Positions 45,264 to 54,414 of a DNA stretch of 64,000 nucleotides are shown in pieces. Made by a program: the position numbers and the translations under genes. The first letter of the stretch is position 1. Each line of letters starts with the position of its first letter. The DNA is from a bacterium (lineage in GTDB: Bacteria > Armatimonadota > Fimbriimonadia > Fimbriimonadales > Fimbriimonadaceae): NCBI GenBank assembly GCA_037189405.1, contig JBBCJD010000003.1, positions 84,824 through 148,823 of the forward strand. Reading direction: 5' to 3'. The notes beneath the pieces were generated by a model. It was not told the DNA's origin. It was given only the letters and a program-made list of their open reading frames with translations, and made no database searches.

Positions 45264-45865
45264 AAACGATGCGCAGCCTCTTTCTCGTCCTGCTTGCGGC
45301 CCTGCTGGTCCTTCCCGCCGGTGCCCAGATCTCCAGCGAGCAATCGCGCGAATCGAACGCTGCGCTCGCCAACATGCGTCGCATCGAGCTGCTGCACTAC
45401 CTGCTGCCCCTGCTGCTCACCAAGTCGCAGCTCAATGAACTGCTGCCCGCGATCGAGCGCGCGCGAGACAAAGTCAAACAGGTTCAAACCCTGGAGAACA
45501 AAGACCTCAAGATGTATCAGGACGAGATCACGGCGGCGCTTAAACGCGGGGTCGAGCACGGCGAAATGCCCGCAGCGACGCTTCGCGGCAAGATCCGCGG
45601 ATTGCTGAACGCCTTCGAGATTCGCCGCCAGATCGCGACCGGAGAGAATTTCGACCTCGTCAACGAGGTGATCCAGCGCACCTGGAACGCGGGCCAAAAG
45701 AAAGCCGCGGCCGGAACCTTGGACCCCGCTCTCTTCAACCTCCAGAGCGCCGAAGGCAAAGAGATCGACGACGAGGCGAAGCTGCAGCTATTCGTACGTG
45801 AAGTGCTGCTCGACGACGCGGCGTACGGCGTACTCGTCGAGCTCGCCAAGCACGCCAAGAATTAG
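45260..45865 (+). CDS. Secreted alpha-helical hypothetical protein
   Basis: ATGA overlap with the upstream gene; signal peptide MKTMRSLFLVLLAALLVLPAGAQ. Confidence 0.5.
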   Translation: MKTMRSLFLVLLAALLVLPAGAQISSEQSRESNAALANMRRIELLHYLLPLLLTKSQLNELLPAIERARDKVKQVQTLENKDLKMYQDEITAALKRGVEHGEMPAATLRGKIRGLLNAFEIRRQIATGENFDLVNEVIQRTWNAGQKKAAAGTLDPALFNLQSAEGKEIDDEAKLQLFVREVLLDDAAYGVLVELAKHAKN

Positions 45866-46326
45866 GCGCGGCCGGTCGGAGGGCGCGCCGAGAACTCGGC
45901 CCGGTTCGCCTCGGGTTCGAGGCGCGCCGAGAACGTCTCCAACATCGCCTGCGCTTCGCTCTCGAATCGGTACGAGCCCGCCACCTCGCCCTGCCAAATC
46001 GTCTCGATCACCCATCCCGGCACGGGCATGAACACGATGCGCTCGGGCGGGTCGACGCGCACGCTCAAAACCAAGGGCGAGCCGGTCGAATCGGGGTAGA
46101 TATATTCGAAGATCATCGCCTCCGGCTCGAAGCGCGTCGTGCCGAGTTGGGGACGGCCTTTCAGGCTTCCCTCTTTACGACGTGCCTCATCCCATTCCCC
46201 TTGGCGAGGGGCAGCACCCGAAAGCAGGTCGTCCAGGATCTCAAGGCGCAACCGGCTGGCATACTCGTTCAACGACATGCCCTCTATTTTAGGCCGCTCC
46301 GTCCGGCGTCCGCTCGGAACGTGCAT
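45862..46326 (-). CDS. Hypothetical protein (alternative start ATG 46278)
   Basis: ORF only; coding-like composition; no motif recognised. Confidence 0.35.
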   Translation of the reverse strand: MHVPSGRRTERPKIEGMSLNEYASRLRLEILDDLLSGAAPRQGEWDEARRKEGSLKGRPQLGTTRFEPEAMIFEYIYPDSTGSPLVLSVRVDPPERIVFMPVPGWVIETIWQGEVAGSYRFESEAQAMLETFSARLEPEANRAEFSARPPTGRA

Positions 46327-46337
46327 AATGGAGGGGA

Positions 46338-46613
46338 ATGGGTAGAAGAAATTTTAAGCACACTGTGAAGAAGCACCGGTCGCCGGAAGATACCAAAGAA
46401 CAAGGGATCGAGGTGGAAGGCCGCGTCATCGAAAACCTCGGCAACGCCCAATTCAAGATCGAATTAGACGAACCGAAGGGGATGGAAGTGCTCGGTCACG
46501 TGAGCGGAAAAATGCGCATGTACTACATCCGCATTCTGCCCGGCGACCGGGTCAAAGTCGAACTCTCGCCCTACGATCTCACCCGAGGCCGCATCGTCTA
46601 TCGCTTTAAGTAA
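46338..46613 (+). CDS. infA: Translation initiation factor IF-1 (with a ~19-aa N-terminal extension if ATG 46338 is used)
   Basis: [21 protein letters not shown]....[42 protein letters not shown]. Confidence 0.85.
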   Translation: MGRRNFKHTVKKHRSPEDTKEQGIEVEGRVIENLGNAQFKIELDEPKGMEVLGHVSGKMRMYYIRILPGDRVKVELSPYDLTRGRIVYRFK

Positions 46614-46640
46614 GAGCATGCGGAACTATTCCGCATGCTC
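46614..46640. terminator. Perfect 12-bp hairpin shared by convergent infA and the CNNM-type gene
   Basis: GAGCATGCGGAA-CTA-TTCCGCATGCTC; the right arm encodes the last four codons (EHAE) of the minus-strand gene. No clear T tract. Confidence 0.45.
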
Positions 46641-48119
46641 CAGCGCTTCCAGATCGCTCATCTTCGGAAGTGCCTCGACTTTCAACTGCAAGATTCGCCG
46701 GCCGTCCGTCTCGGACACCGTAAACCGGTACCCCAGATCGTCCACCGTCTCGCCGAATTTGGGCTGACGCCCGAACAGGCCGAACACGTAGCCGCCGACG
46801 GTATCGAACTCCTCGCTCTCGAACTCGGAGTTCAGCGCTTCGTTCAGGTCGTCGAGATGCATCTTGCCGCTCACCACGTAGCGCCCGTCGACCTCCACGA
46901 GCTCCGGCTCCTCGACGTCGTATTCGTCGATGATGTCCCCCACGATCTCCTCCACGATGTCTTCGGTCGTGACGATTCCGGCGGTTCCGCCGAACTCGTC
47001 CTTGACCACCGCGAGCTGATTGCGGCTGGCGCGCATCTCCGCGAGCAGCTCGTGCAGGTTTTTGCTCTCAGGGACGAATAGCGCCGGACGCATGATCTTT
47101 CGGAGCGAGATCGTTTTCTTCGGCTCCTCCAGCAACGCTAGGAACAGATCTTTGGCGTGGATGATGCCGAGGATCTGATCGTCCGTGCCTTCGTAAAGGG
47201 GGATACGGGAGTGCCCCGTCTCGCGCATCAGCCGAACGATCTCCATCGGGTCGCTGTTGGTCGGCATCGCGTCGAGGTCGATCCGCGGGGTCATGATCTC
47301 GCGGGCCACGGTGTCGGTGAATTCAAACACCGAATGCAGCATCTCCTTTTCATCCAGATGCATCTCGCCGATCTCCTGGGCCGAGTCGACGAGCGTTTTG
47401 ATCTCCTCCTCGGCGAGATTCGGGATCGCAAACGACGCCCTCCCGCCAAAACGCGCGGTGATCAGCCCTGCGATCGCGGTGAAGAACCCGGCGGGCAGCG
47501 AAAAGATCACGTTGAAAGTCCGGGCGAATCCGTACAGGCCAAGACAGATGCGAAGCGGATGGAGCGCGGCATAGCTCTTCGGAACCAGCTCGCCGAAGAT
47601 GATATTGACGAGCATCGCAGGCAGCGCCACCAGGACCGCCGAAAGCAATAGCGTGCCGTTTGTGGACTTGAGGTCCGGCCAAAGCACGGCCTCCAAGCCC
47701 GGCGCGAGCAGGAAGCTGATCACGATCATCGCGAGCCACGCCGTCTGGCTTCCGAGCGTGCAGGAGGCGATATAACGGGTTTTGTTCTCCAAAAGGTCTT
47801 CCAGCTTGCGCTGCGCCTCACCCGTTTCGGAGGTATGCCGCATATGAACCGGCCGAAGCAGATCGAGCGCGGTCTCGACCGCGACGAACAGGCCGTTGAG
47901 CAGAATGATCGCGAAGATCGCAACGACGATCAGCCATACCGGACCGGCGAAGGACTCGCGCAGCCCCATCACTTGAAGCTGATTCATCCCCGCCAGGCTC
48001 TGATCGCTGACGAGATACAGCATGCCGAAGGAGAACAGGATCGCGAGCCACACGAAGCTCTCCAGCCGGGCCGCGACGTTTCTTTTACGAATCTGACGTT
48101 CAGGAGGTTCTTCTTTCAT
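46626..48119 (-). CDS. CNNM/HlyC/CorC-family transporter (DUF21 + CBS pair + CorC_HlyC)
   Basis: N-terminal TM domain; REIMTPRIDL; GHSRIPLYEG; LAVVKDEFGGTAGIVTTEDIVEEIVGDI; C-terminal transporter-associated domain. Confidence 0.85.
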   Translation of the reverse strand: MKEEPPERQIRKRNVAARLESFVWLAILFSFGMLYLVSDQSLAGMNQLQVMGLRESFAGPVWLIVVAIFAIILLNGLFVAVETALDLLRPVHMRHTSETGEAQRKLEDLLENKTRYIASCTLGSQTAWLAMIVISFLLAPGLEAVLWPDLKSTNGTLLLSAVLVALPAMLVNIIFGELVPKSYAALHPLRICLGLYGFARTFNVIFSLPAGFFTAIAGLITARFGGRASFAIPNLAEEEIKTLVDSAQEIGEMHLDEKEMLHSVFEFTDTVAREIMTPRIDLDAMPTNSDPMEIVRLMRETGHSRIPLYEGTDDQILGIIHAKDLFLALLEEPKKTISLRKIMRPALFVPESKNLHELLAEMRASRNQLAVVKDEFGGTAGIVTTEDIVEEIVGDIIDEYDVEEPELVEVDGRYVVSGKMHLDDLNEALNSEFESEEFDTVGGYVFGLFGRQPKFGETVDDLGYRFTVSETDGRRILQLKVEALPKMSDLEALEHAE

Positions 48120-48132
48120 AGAGGGTGCGCCC

Positions 48133-48855
48133 TTAGCGGGGAGTGAGCCCGAAGAGCAAAAGCGCGAGAATCGTTCCGACCGTGGCCCCGAGGGACACCT
48201 CCAGAACGCTGTGAATCTTCGCCTCCCAACGGCTTTGAGCGATGATGGCCGCCAAAAGCAGGGCGATCGCCGCGAGAAGCATGTTGTTCGAAAGCAACAT
48301 AAGCGTCACGGCGAGGAAAAACCCGATCGCGCTGTGTCCGCTGACAAGTCCTCCTTTCAAGACCTGCCCACGGATTCCGAGACCTTTTCCGATCACGACG
48401 ATAATAAATACGAGAAAGAGACCGAGCACGATGCGAAGCGGCACCGGCATGCCCCAAGATTCCGCCGTCAAGCTGAGCTTGATCTCCTCCCAGCGGTTCT
48501 CGCCGAGAATCAGCAGCCCGCCCACGACGAGCGCCACGAGCGTGGTGATGAGCACCGCCCCCGCCGCGATATCCTTTGCGAACTTCGCGAGAGGATGATA
48601 CGTGGGTTGGACGAGGTCCACCACCGCCTCGATCGCGCTGTTGAACATCTCCGCGACCAGAACCAAGGAGATCGTGAACAACAAGACCAGCATCTCGCGC
48701 AGACCGAGGTTCACGAAGATGCCCAGCATCATGACGATCATCACCGTATAGAGGTGAAACCGCATGTGCCGCTGGGTTCGGAAGGTGTAAATCAGCCCGT
48801 TCATCGCGACCTGAAACGGCCCGAACAGGTTCTTTCCGGATTTGAAGGGGCTCAT
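48133..48855 (-). CDS. dgkA: DgkA-family lipid kinase fused to a C-terminal PAP2-like membrane segment
   Basis: DgkA core EMFNSAIEAVVDLVQPTYHPLAKFAKDIAAGAVL; C-terminal VSGHS and SRWEAKIHSVLE fit the PAP2 PSGH and SRx5Hx3[DE] motifs. Confidence 0.7.
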   Translation of the reverse strand: MSPFKSGKNLFGPFQVAMNGLIYTFRTQRHMRFHLYTVMIVMMLGIFVNLGLREMLVLLFTISLVLVAEMFNSAIEAVVDLVQPTYHPLAKFAKDIAAGAVLITTLVALVVGGLLILGENRWEEIKLSLTAESWGMPVPLRIVLGLFLVFIIVVIGKGLGIRGQVLKGGLVSGHSAIGFFLAVTLMLLSNNMLLAAIALLLAAIIAQSRWEAKIHSVLEVSLGATVGTILALLLFGLTPR

Positions 48856-49340
48856 TCGGCCACCTCCTCGGCATGCACCGAGTGCCAGTCCTCGAACGTC
48901 GGCAACCCGGCCGAGACCGCCACGCGGCGCATCTCTGCGACCATCGCCTCGCGCCTGTCCGGAGTTTCGTCTTCGAACCCCAAAAGGTGAAGCGCGCCGT
49001 GGATCCCCAGGTAGGCGAGCTCATGCTCCAGCGGGATCTCGCGGAACGCGGCCTGACGGCGCGCGTCGGGCACGGAAATCACGAGCTCTCCCAACGGCTC
49101 GTGCGCGAAGCTACCGCCGGACGGAAACGTCAAGACGTCGGTCGAAGAGGTGAGTCCTCGGTAACGCGCGTTGAGCTCCGCCATCTCGCTCTCGGAGACG
49201 AAGTGCACATGCACTTCGGCCTCCGCACGGTCGTGCAGGCGAAGGGCTTCGCCGACGCCGCGCCGCAGCCAATCGGTCTCCAACGCCGCGTCGTCGGACG
49301 CGTTTGAAATCGAGACGGAAGTAGAGGGGGGAGGTTCCAT
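48852..49340 (-). CDS. ybeY: rRNA maturation endoribonuclease YbeY
   Basis: Zinc motif HGALHLLGFEDE; size ~160 aa; position between rpsU and dgkA. Confidence 0.85.
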   Translation of the reverse strand: MEPPPSTSVSISNASDDAALETDWLRRGVGEALRLHDRAEAEVHVHFVSESEMAELNARYRGLTSSTDVLTFPSGGSFAHEPLGELVISVPDARRQAAFREIPLEHELAYLGIHGALHLLGFEDETPDRREAMVAEMRRVAVSAGLPTFEDWHSVHAEEVAE

Positions 49341-49454
49341 GAAACGCGTGCCTAGCGACCCGAAGGCAAAAAACGGAACATTCGCTCGCGGGTCGAAGAA
49401 AAGGGGGCGTTCATAAACGGTTTAGGCGGCTCGAGCCGCCTAAAATCGATTGCT

Positions 49455-49624
49455 CTATCGGCTCGACTGGCGACGCCGCTGCATCCGCCGACGCTTTTCG
49501 CTGGGCTTCTCGTAGTGCGAGTGCTCTTTCAACTCGCGCAATAGGCCACTTTGCTGGAGCTTCATGTTGAAGCGCTTCAGGGCCGAATCGATCGACTCAT
49601 TGGACTGGACTGTAACGTGTATCA
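49455..49624 (-). pseudogene. rpsU: Ribosomal protein S21 gene, reading frame interrupted by one missing nucleotide
   Basis: TTG start, GGAGG RBS. Frame 1: LIHVTVQSNESIDSALKRFNM, then a stop 11 codons later. A shifted frame gives ELQQSGLLRELKEHSHYEKPSEKRRRMQRRRQSSR*. The span is 170 nt, not a multiple of 3. Confidence 0.7.
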
Positions 49625-49651
49625 AACTGGGTTATGCCTCCGCAACATTCC

Positions 49652-49680
49652 TATTATGGCAGATTTTCGCTTTCTCGCCA
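49652..49680 (-). promoter_or_regulatory. Candidate sigma-70 promoter for rpsU
   Basis: Minus strand TTGGCG-17 nt-CATAAT, about 27 nt upstream of the TTG start. Confidence 0.4.
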
Positions 49681-49950
49681 ACCGGCCCCAAGCTCTTCCC
49701 CGCCCCCGCTTCGAAAAAAGACCCTCCGCCGGCAAGCGAAGGGTTGAGATGGTTTCGCAAACAAGCGGATCTTGATTCCAAGCCCCACCGTTTTTGCATG
49801 GATCGCCTGGGTCGTCACTCCCGAGGCTCGCATGTCCTTACCGAGGCATCAATCGAGAAAGTTCCGGCCGCGCATCGAACATTCCCCGGAACCTATCGTT
49901 TAAACTAAAGCGTAGCTGTCTGTAGCGCTCGACCAAGGTTTCCACCGACT

Positions 49951-51285
49951 ATGAGATCCATTTTTCCCGGCTGGCCGCGAACTTTCACGGCCGCACTCTC
50001 GGCTTGCCTCGCCAGCATCGGCCTCGCTCAAGACACCCTGACTCTCCAAGACGCGCTTCGCCTCGCGCGCGAGCGCAATGGAATCATCCGCGCCGCGCAG
50101 GCGGACGTGCAAGCCGCACAGGCGCGCGTCGCCGGCTCGCGTGCCGAGTTCATGCCGGAGCTCACCCCCTATTTTCGCTACGACACCGACCGGCGCGAGT
50201 TCCTGAGCACCGGCGGTACGTCCTACTCTGAACGGAGCGGCACTTCCAGCGGGCTTAGCGCGCGGTGGCGTCTCTTGGACGCCGGAGAACGACGGCTCTC
50301 CCTCCTTGCGACCAGCCGCTCGGCGGAGGCCCAAGAAGCCGCCTCGCTTCAGACCCTGCGCACGACCCTGTTCCTCGTCCATCAGGAGTACTACGAGGTG
50401 CTGCGCACGCGCGAGCTTCTCCGAGTGGCGGACGCGAACGTCGGCCGCGCCGAGACGATTCTCGAGCAGACCAAAACCCAGGTCGAAGTGGGCGCCATCC
50501 CCCGCAAGGACATCCTGCAAGCGGACGTCGACCTGCAAAACGCCCGCGTGCAGCGCCTGACCGCACGCAACCGCGTGTCGCAAGCCGAGGCGGACCTCAA
50601 AGCCACGCTCGGCTGGGAGTTCGGCAAAGCCCTGCCTCCGCTCAGCAGCGACACCGAGCCGCCGGAAAAGCCCCAGTTGCCCTCGCTCGAACAGCTGGTC
50701 GCCGAGGCCATGGAGTCGCGCACCGACCTGCGCGCGATGCGGCGCCAGCAAGAAGCGCTTCGCTTCTCCAAGATGCTGGCGGACCGCGAGGCCGGGCTCA
50801 GCTTCGGCATCGACGCGACGTTCGATCAACAGTTTCATCCCGATAGCCTCGACTCACACGCGCTGCAACTGCTCGTGACCTACCCCCTCTTCGACGGAGG
50901 GCGCCGCCGCGCGATCGCGCGGGAACGCTCCGCGGTGCTCACCGCCGCGATGGCCGAGCTCACCCAAGCCGAACGCGAAGCGCGCTCCGAGATCGAAGCC
51001 GTTTCGACCACCCTGCTCCAAAACGCCGAACGGGTCGAAGTCGCGCGCGCGGCCGTCGAAGCCGCCCGGCTAAACTACGAAGCCGCCGTAGAATCGCAGC
51101 GCGCCGGGGCCTCGGACCTGATCGAAGTCCTGACCGCCCAGATCAGCCTCGTCAACGCGGAGTCGGGCTATATCGAGGCGCTCTACGACTACACGATCTC
51201 CGAAGTCCAGCTTCGTCTCGTGACGGGCCAAACCGTCCCCGGCGAAGAGCTGGCCGCGTTCCCGGGCGAAACGCCCGCTCGATAA
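49951..51285 (+). CDS. TolC-family outer membrane efflux protein
   Basis: Signal peptide; two repeats of the OEP pattern (LTLQDALRLARERN..., coiled-coil segments, LDLLTAQ-like EVLTAQISLVNAESGYIEALYDY). Confidence 0.8.
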   Translation: MRSIFPGWPRTFTAALSACLASIGLAQDTLTLQDALRLARERNGIIRAAQADVQAAQARVAGSRAEFMPELTPYFRYDTDRREFLSTGGTSYSERSGTSSGLSARWRLLDAGERRLSLLATSRSAEAQEAASLQTLRTTLFLVHQEYYEVLRTRELLRVADANVGRAETILEQTKTQVEVGAIPRKDILQADVDLQNARVQRLTARNRVSQAEADLKATLGWEFGKALPPLSSDTEPPEKPQLPSLEQLVAEAMESRTDLRAMRRQQEALRFSKMLADREAGLSFGIDATFDQQFHPDSLDSHALQLLVTYPLFDGGRRRAIARERSAVLTAAMAELTQAEREARSEIEAVSTTLLQNAERVEVARAAVEAARLNYEAAVESQRAGASDLIEVLTAQISLVNAESGYIEALYDYTISEVQLRLVTGQTVPGEELAAFPGETPAR

Positions 51286-51315
51286 AACGGAGTCCGAAAG
51301 AATCAACGCTCGTCT

Positions 51316-53007
51316 ATGAAACATTTTTTGACCTGGATCGGCATCCCCGTTGCGCTCGTCCTCGGGATCTTCGCCTTCCGCGGTGCCGTTCGCGGCAAAG
51401 CGCCCGACGTCGAGTACCGCTACGCCCCCGTCCAAACGGGCGAAGTGGTTCGCTCGATTTCGGCCACGGGACAGCTGATCGCGCTGACCAAAGTCGAGAT
51501 CAAATCGAAAGCGGGCGGCAACGTCGTTCGGCTCGCCGTGGACGAAGGGGACTTTGTGAAAGCGGGTGACCTGATCGCGATCATCGACCCTGCGGACACC
51601 CAGGCGCTCTACGACCAAGCCTCCGCCGATCTCTCGTCCTCCGACGCCCGAGCGCAAGGCGCCGAAGCGAACTACGAACTTCAGATCACTGCGACGGACA
51701 ACGCGATCCGGGACGCCCAGGCCCAACTCGAGGCCTCCAAGATCCGCGCCGAAAAGGCGCGCATCGCGGCCGAGCGGCAGCCCCAGCTCTCGGGCAGCGG
51801 CGTGCAAACCGCCCAAACGAACCTCGCGGCGGCGCAAGAGGCGCTTCGCAAACTTCAGACCGTCACCCTTCCGCAAACTCGCCAAGACGCTTCCGGAACC
51901 TTGGATCGCACCCGCGCCGAACTCGAAGCGGCGCGCGCGGACCTCGGGCGCCACGAAGAGCTGCTCAAGAAAGGGTTCGTCAGCCAAAGCCAGCTCGATC
52001 AGGCCCGAGCGCGGTTCGAGACCGCGGATTCCGCCTATAAAAACGCCGAGCAACGCATGCGCACGCTCGAAGACGAGCTTTCCACAACTCTGAAAGCGCA
52101 ACGGCTCGAAGTCGAACGCACGGAAGCGGCCTTGGTCGCGGCGAAGGCGAACATCAGTCAAGATTCGATCGCCAGGCAAGAGCTCTCGGAAGCACGCAAT
52201 GCGGTGCGCCTCGCCGAAATCGCGCTCAAGCGGGCCCAGGACCAGAAGAAAAGCATCGTCGCGTCGCGTAGCGAGATGAAGGCGGCCAAAGCCGCGACGG
52301 TCCGCAATCAGGTCGCGCTCAAAAACGCCAAGGTGCAGCTCGACAGCACGACGGTGCTCGCGCCGCGAGACGGGGTCGTCACGCAGAAGTTTTTGGAAGA
52401 GGGCACCATCATCCCACCCGGTACCAGCACGTTCTCGCAAGGGCCGAGCATCGTGGAAATCAGCGACGTCTCGCAGATGTTCGTCGACTGCAACGTCGAC
52501 GAAGCCGATATCGGCCAGGTCAAAGAGGGCCAGACCGTCCGCATCGTCTGCGAGGCGTTTCCCGGCCGCCCCTTTCCCGGCGTGGTCGAGCGGATCCACC
52601 CCGCCGCGGCCACCGCGGACAGCGTGACGACGGTCAAAGTCCGCGTGAAGGTGCTCCCGGGGGTGAAACAGCGCATCCTGCCGGGCATGAACACCACCTG
52701 CGAATTTATCACGCTAGAGCGGCCGGACGTACTCAAAGTCCCCTCCCAAGCCATCCAGCGCGAGGATGGCAAGACCTATGTGCGCATCCGCACCTCCGAC
52801 CCTGCGAAACCGGAGCGGCGCGAGGTCCAGGTCGGCGAGACCGGCAACGACAGCACCGAGATCTTATCGGGGCTCAAAGAGGGCGAGGAGATCGTCATCG
52901 CCGAACTCAATCTGAAAGAGCTCCGTGAAATCGACCGCAAGATGAAAGAATCCGAGCAGGGCGGCGGTTTGGCCGGAGGCGGCGGAGGCGGAGGGCGGCG
53001 ACGCTAA
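51316..53007 (+). CDS. HlyD/MacA-family periplasmic adaptor (membrane fusion protein) with a long coiled coil and Gly-rich tail
   Basis: GGNVVRLAVDEGDFVKAGDLIAIIDP lipoyl-like motif, long coiled coil, TVLAPRDGVVT, beta-barrel/MPD segments. Confidence 0.8.
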   Translation: MKHFLTWIGIPVALVLGIFAFRGAVRGKAPDVEYRYAPVQTGEVVRSISATGQLIALTKVEIKSKAGGNVVRLAVDEGDFVKAGDLIAIIDPADTQALYDQASADLSSSDARAQGAEANYELQITATDNAIRDAQAQLEASKIRAEKARIAAERQPQLSGSGVQTAQTNLAAAQEALRKLQTVTLPQTRQDASGTLDRTRAELEAARADLGRHEELLKKGFVSQSQLDQARARFETADSAYKNAEQRMRTLEDELSTTLKAQRLEVERTEAALVAAKANISQDSIARQELSEARNAVRLAEIALKRAQDQKKSIVASRSEMKAAKAATVRNQVALKNAKVQLDSTTVLAPRDGVVTQKFLEEGTIIPPGTSTFSQGPSIVEISDVSQMFVDCNVDEADIGQVKEGQTVRIVCEAFPGRPFPGVVERIHPAAATADSVTTVKVRVKVLPGVKQRILPGMNTTCEFITLERPDVLKVPSQAIQREDGKTYVRIRTSDPAKPERREVQVGETGNDSTEILSGLKEGEEIVIAELNLKELREIDRKMKESEQGGGLAGGGGGGGRRR

Positions 53008-53008
53008 C

Positions 53009-54220
53009 ATGACGTTGCGCGACAGTCTCGGCACCGCCTTGCGCGCGGTCAGCGCGAACAAGCTGCGCTCCGCGCTGACGATGCTCGGCGTCGTCATCGG
53101 CGTCGGCTCGGTCATCACGATGGTCGGGATCGGCGAAGGCACCAAACGCAAATCGCTCGAAAATATCGAACGGATGGGCACGAATATGCTCGTCGTCATG
53201 CCCAACTGGCGGCGTGGCAACGTCACCGGCTCGAACGAAAACGCCACGCTCAAGGCTCGAGACGTCGCCCGCCTGCGCTCCGAAATCCCTCTGGTCGAGC
53301 AGATCACCGGCACCGTTCAGCGGCGCGGCGCGGTCCGCTACGGCAATCGCAGCCATTTCACGCAAGTGGTCGGCGCGGAACCTCAGATCGCGGTCATCCG
53401 CAACGCGACTCGCATGGCAGAAGGGGGCTGGTACACCGAAGAAGATGAAATCAACGGCACGCCCAAATGCGTGCTCGGCTACACCGTCTATCAGGAGCTG
53501 TTCGGAAACGAAAACGCGCTCGGGGCCACAGTTAAGGCGTTCAACTCGATGAACTTCGAGGTTGTCGGCGTGATCTCCTACAAAGGGGGCGAGGGCAACT
53601 GGAATCCGGACGATCAGGTCTATATTCCCCTATCGATCGCGATGACGCGCCTCATGGGCCGTCAAGATTACAGCACCATCCAACTGAAGGCCGCCCGCGC
53701 GGACCTCATGATGGTCACCCAAAAGCAGATCGAAGACGTCCTGAATCGCGGCAACACCAGCGCCGGAGGCGAACCGCTGTTTCGGGTGATGAACCAAGGC
53801 GAGCGCATCGAAGAGATGGAGCAGCAAAATCGCCTACTCAGCAACCTGCTCGCCGGGATCGCCTCGGTCTCGCTATTGGTCGGCGGCATCGGCATCATGA
53901 ACATCATGCTGGTCTCGGTCACCGAACGTACCCGCGAGATCGGGCTTCGGAAGGCGATCGGCGCGACGGGCGAGAGCATCCTCACCCAATTTCTGTTCGA
54001 AAGTATTGTGATGTGCCTCTTGGGCGGAGCTTTGGGGGTCGCCCTCGGCAGCGGCGCGACGTTCTACATCGCCAAGCTCTTCAAGGTTCCTCCGGTCGTA
54101 GACCTCCAGGCGATCCTCATCGCCTTCGGCTTCTCGGCCTTCGTCGGGCTGTTCTTCGGCTTCTACCCCGCGCTTCGCGCCAGCAAACTTCAACCTATCG
54201 AAGCGCTCCGATACGAATAA
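53009..54220 (+). CDS. MacB/FtsX-type ABC transporter permease (no ATPase domain)
   Basis: LRSALTMLGVVIGVGSVI, MacB periplasmic core, FtsX motif ERTREIGLRKAIGAT....FL.ES. Confidence 0.85.
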   Translation: MTLRDSLGTALRAVSANKLRSALTMLGVVIGVGSVITMVGIGEGTKRKSLENIERMGTNMLVVMPNWRRGNVTGSNENATLKARDVARLRSEIPLVEQITGTVQRRGAVRYGNRSHFTQVVGAEPQIAVIRNATRMAEGGWYTEEDEINGTPKCVLGYTVYQELFGNENALGATVKAFNSMNFEVVGVISYKGGEGNWNPDDQVYIPLSIAMTRLMGRQDYSTIQLKAARADLMMVTQKQIEDVLNRGNTSAGGEPLFRVMNQGERIEEMEQQNRLLSNLLAGIASVSLLVGGIGIMNIMLVSVTERTREIGLRKAIGATGESILTQFLFESIVMCLLGGALGVALGSGATFYIAKLFKVPPVVDLQAILIAFGFSAFVGLFFGFYPALRASKLQPIEALRYE

Positions 54221-54335
54221 AGACTTCCCCGCGCTTCCTTCGGCTCTCCCTCTCTTTCATCCCCCAACCCCTTGTGGGCGGTTCCCCATAACGATCTGAC
54301 TGGACAACCAAGCCGCCCCTCGTAAAAAGAGAAAA

Positions 54336-54363
54336 CCCCTCCTTGCCGAACGGCAAAGAGGGG
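54336..54363. terminator. Bidirectional hairpin between the permease gene and rpsI
   Basis: CCCCTCCTTGCCG-AA-CGGCAAAGAGGGG (one mismatch), flanked by an A run on the left and TTGTTT on the right. Confidence 0.5.
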
Positions 54364-54414
54364 TTGTTTCGTGAGCGTGCGCCCGGCCGGAACCGGACGA
54401 GCAGATCGAGACGC

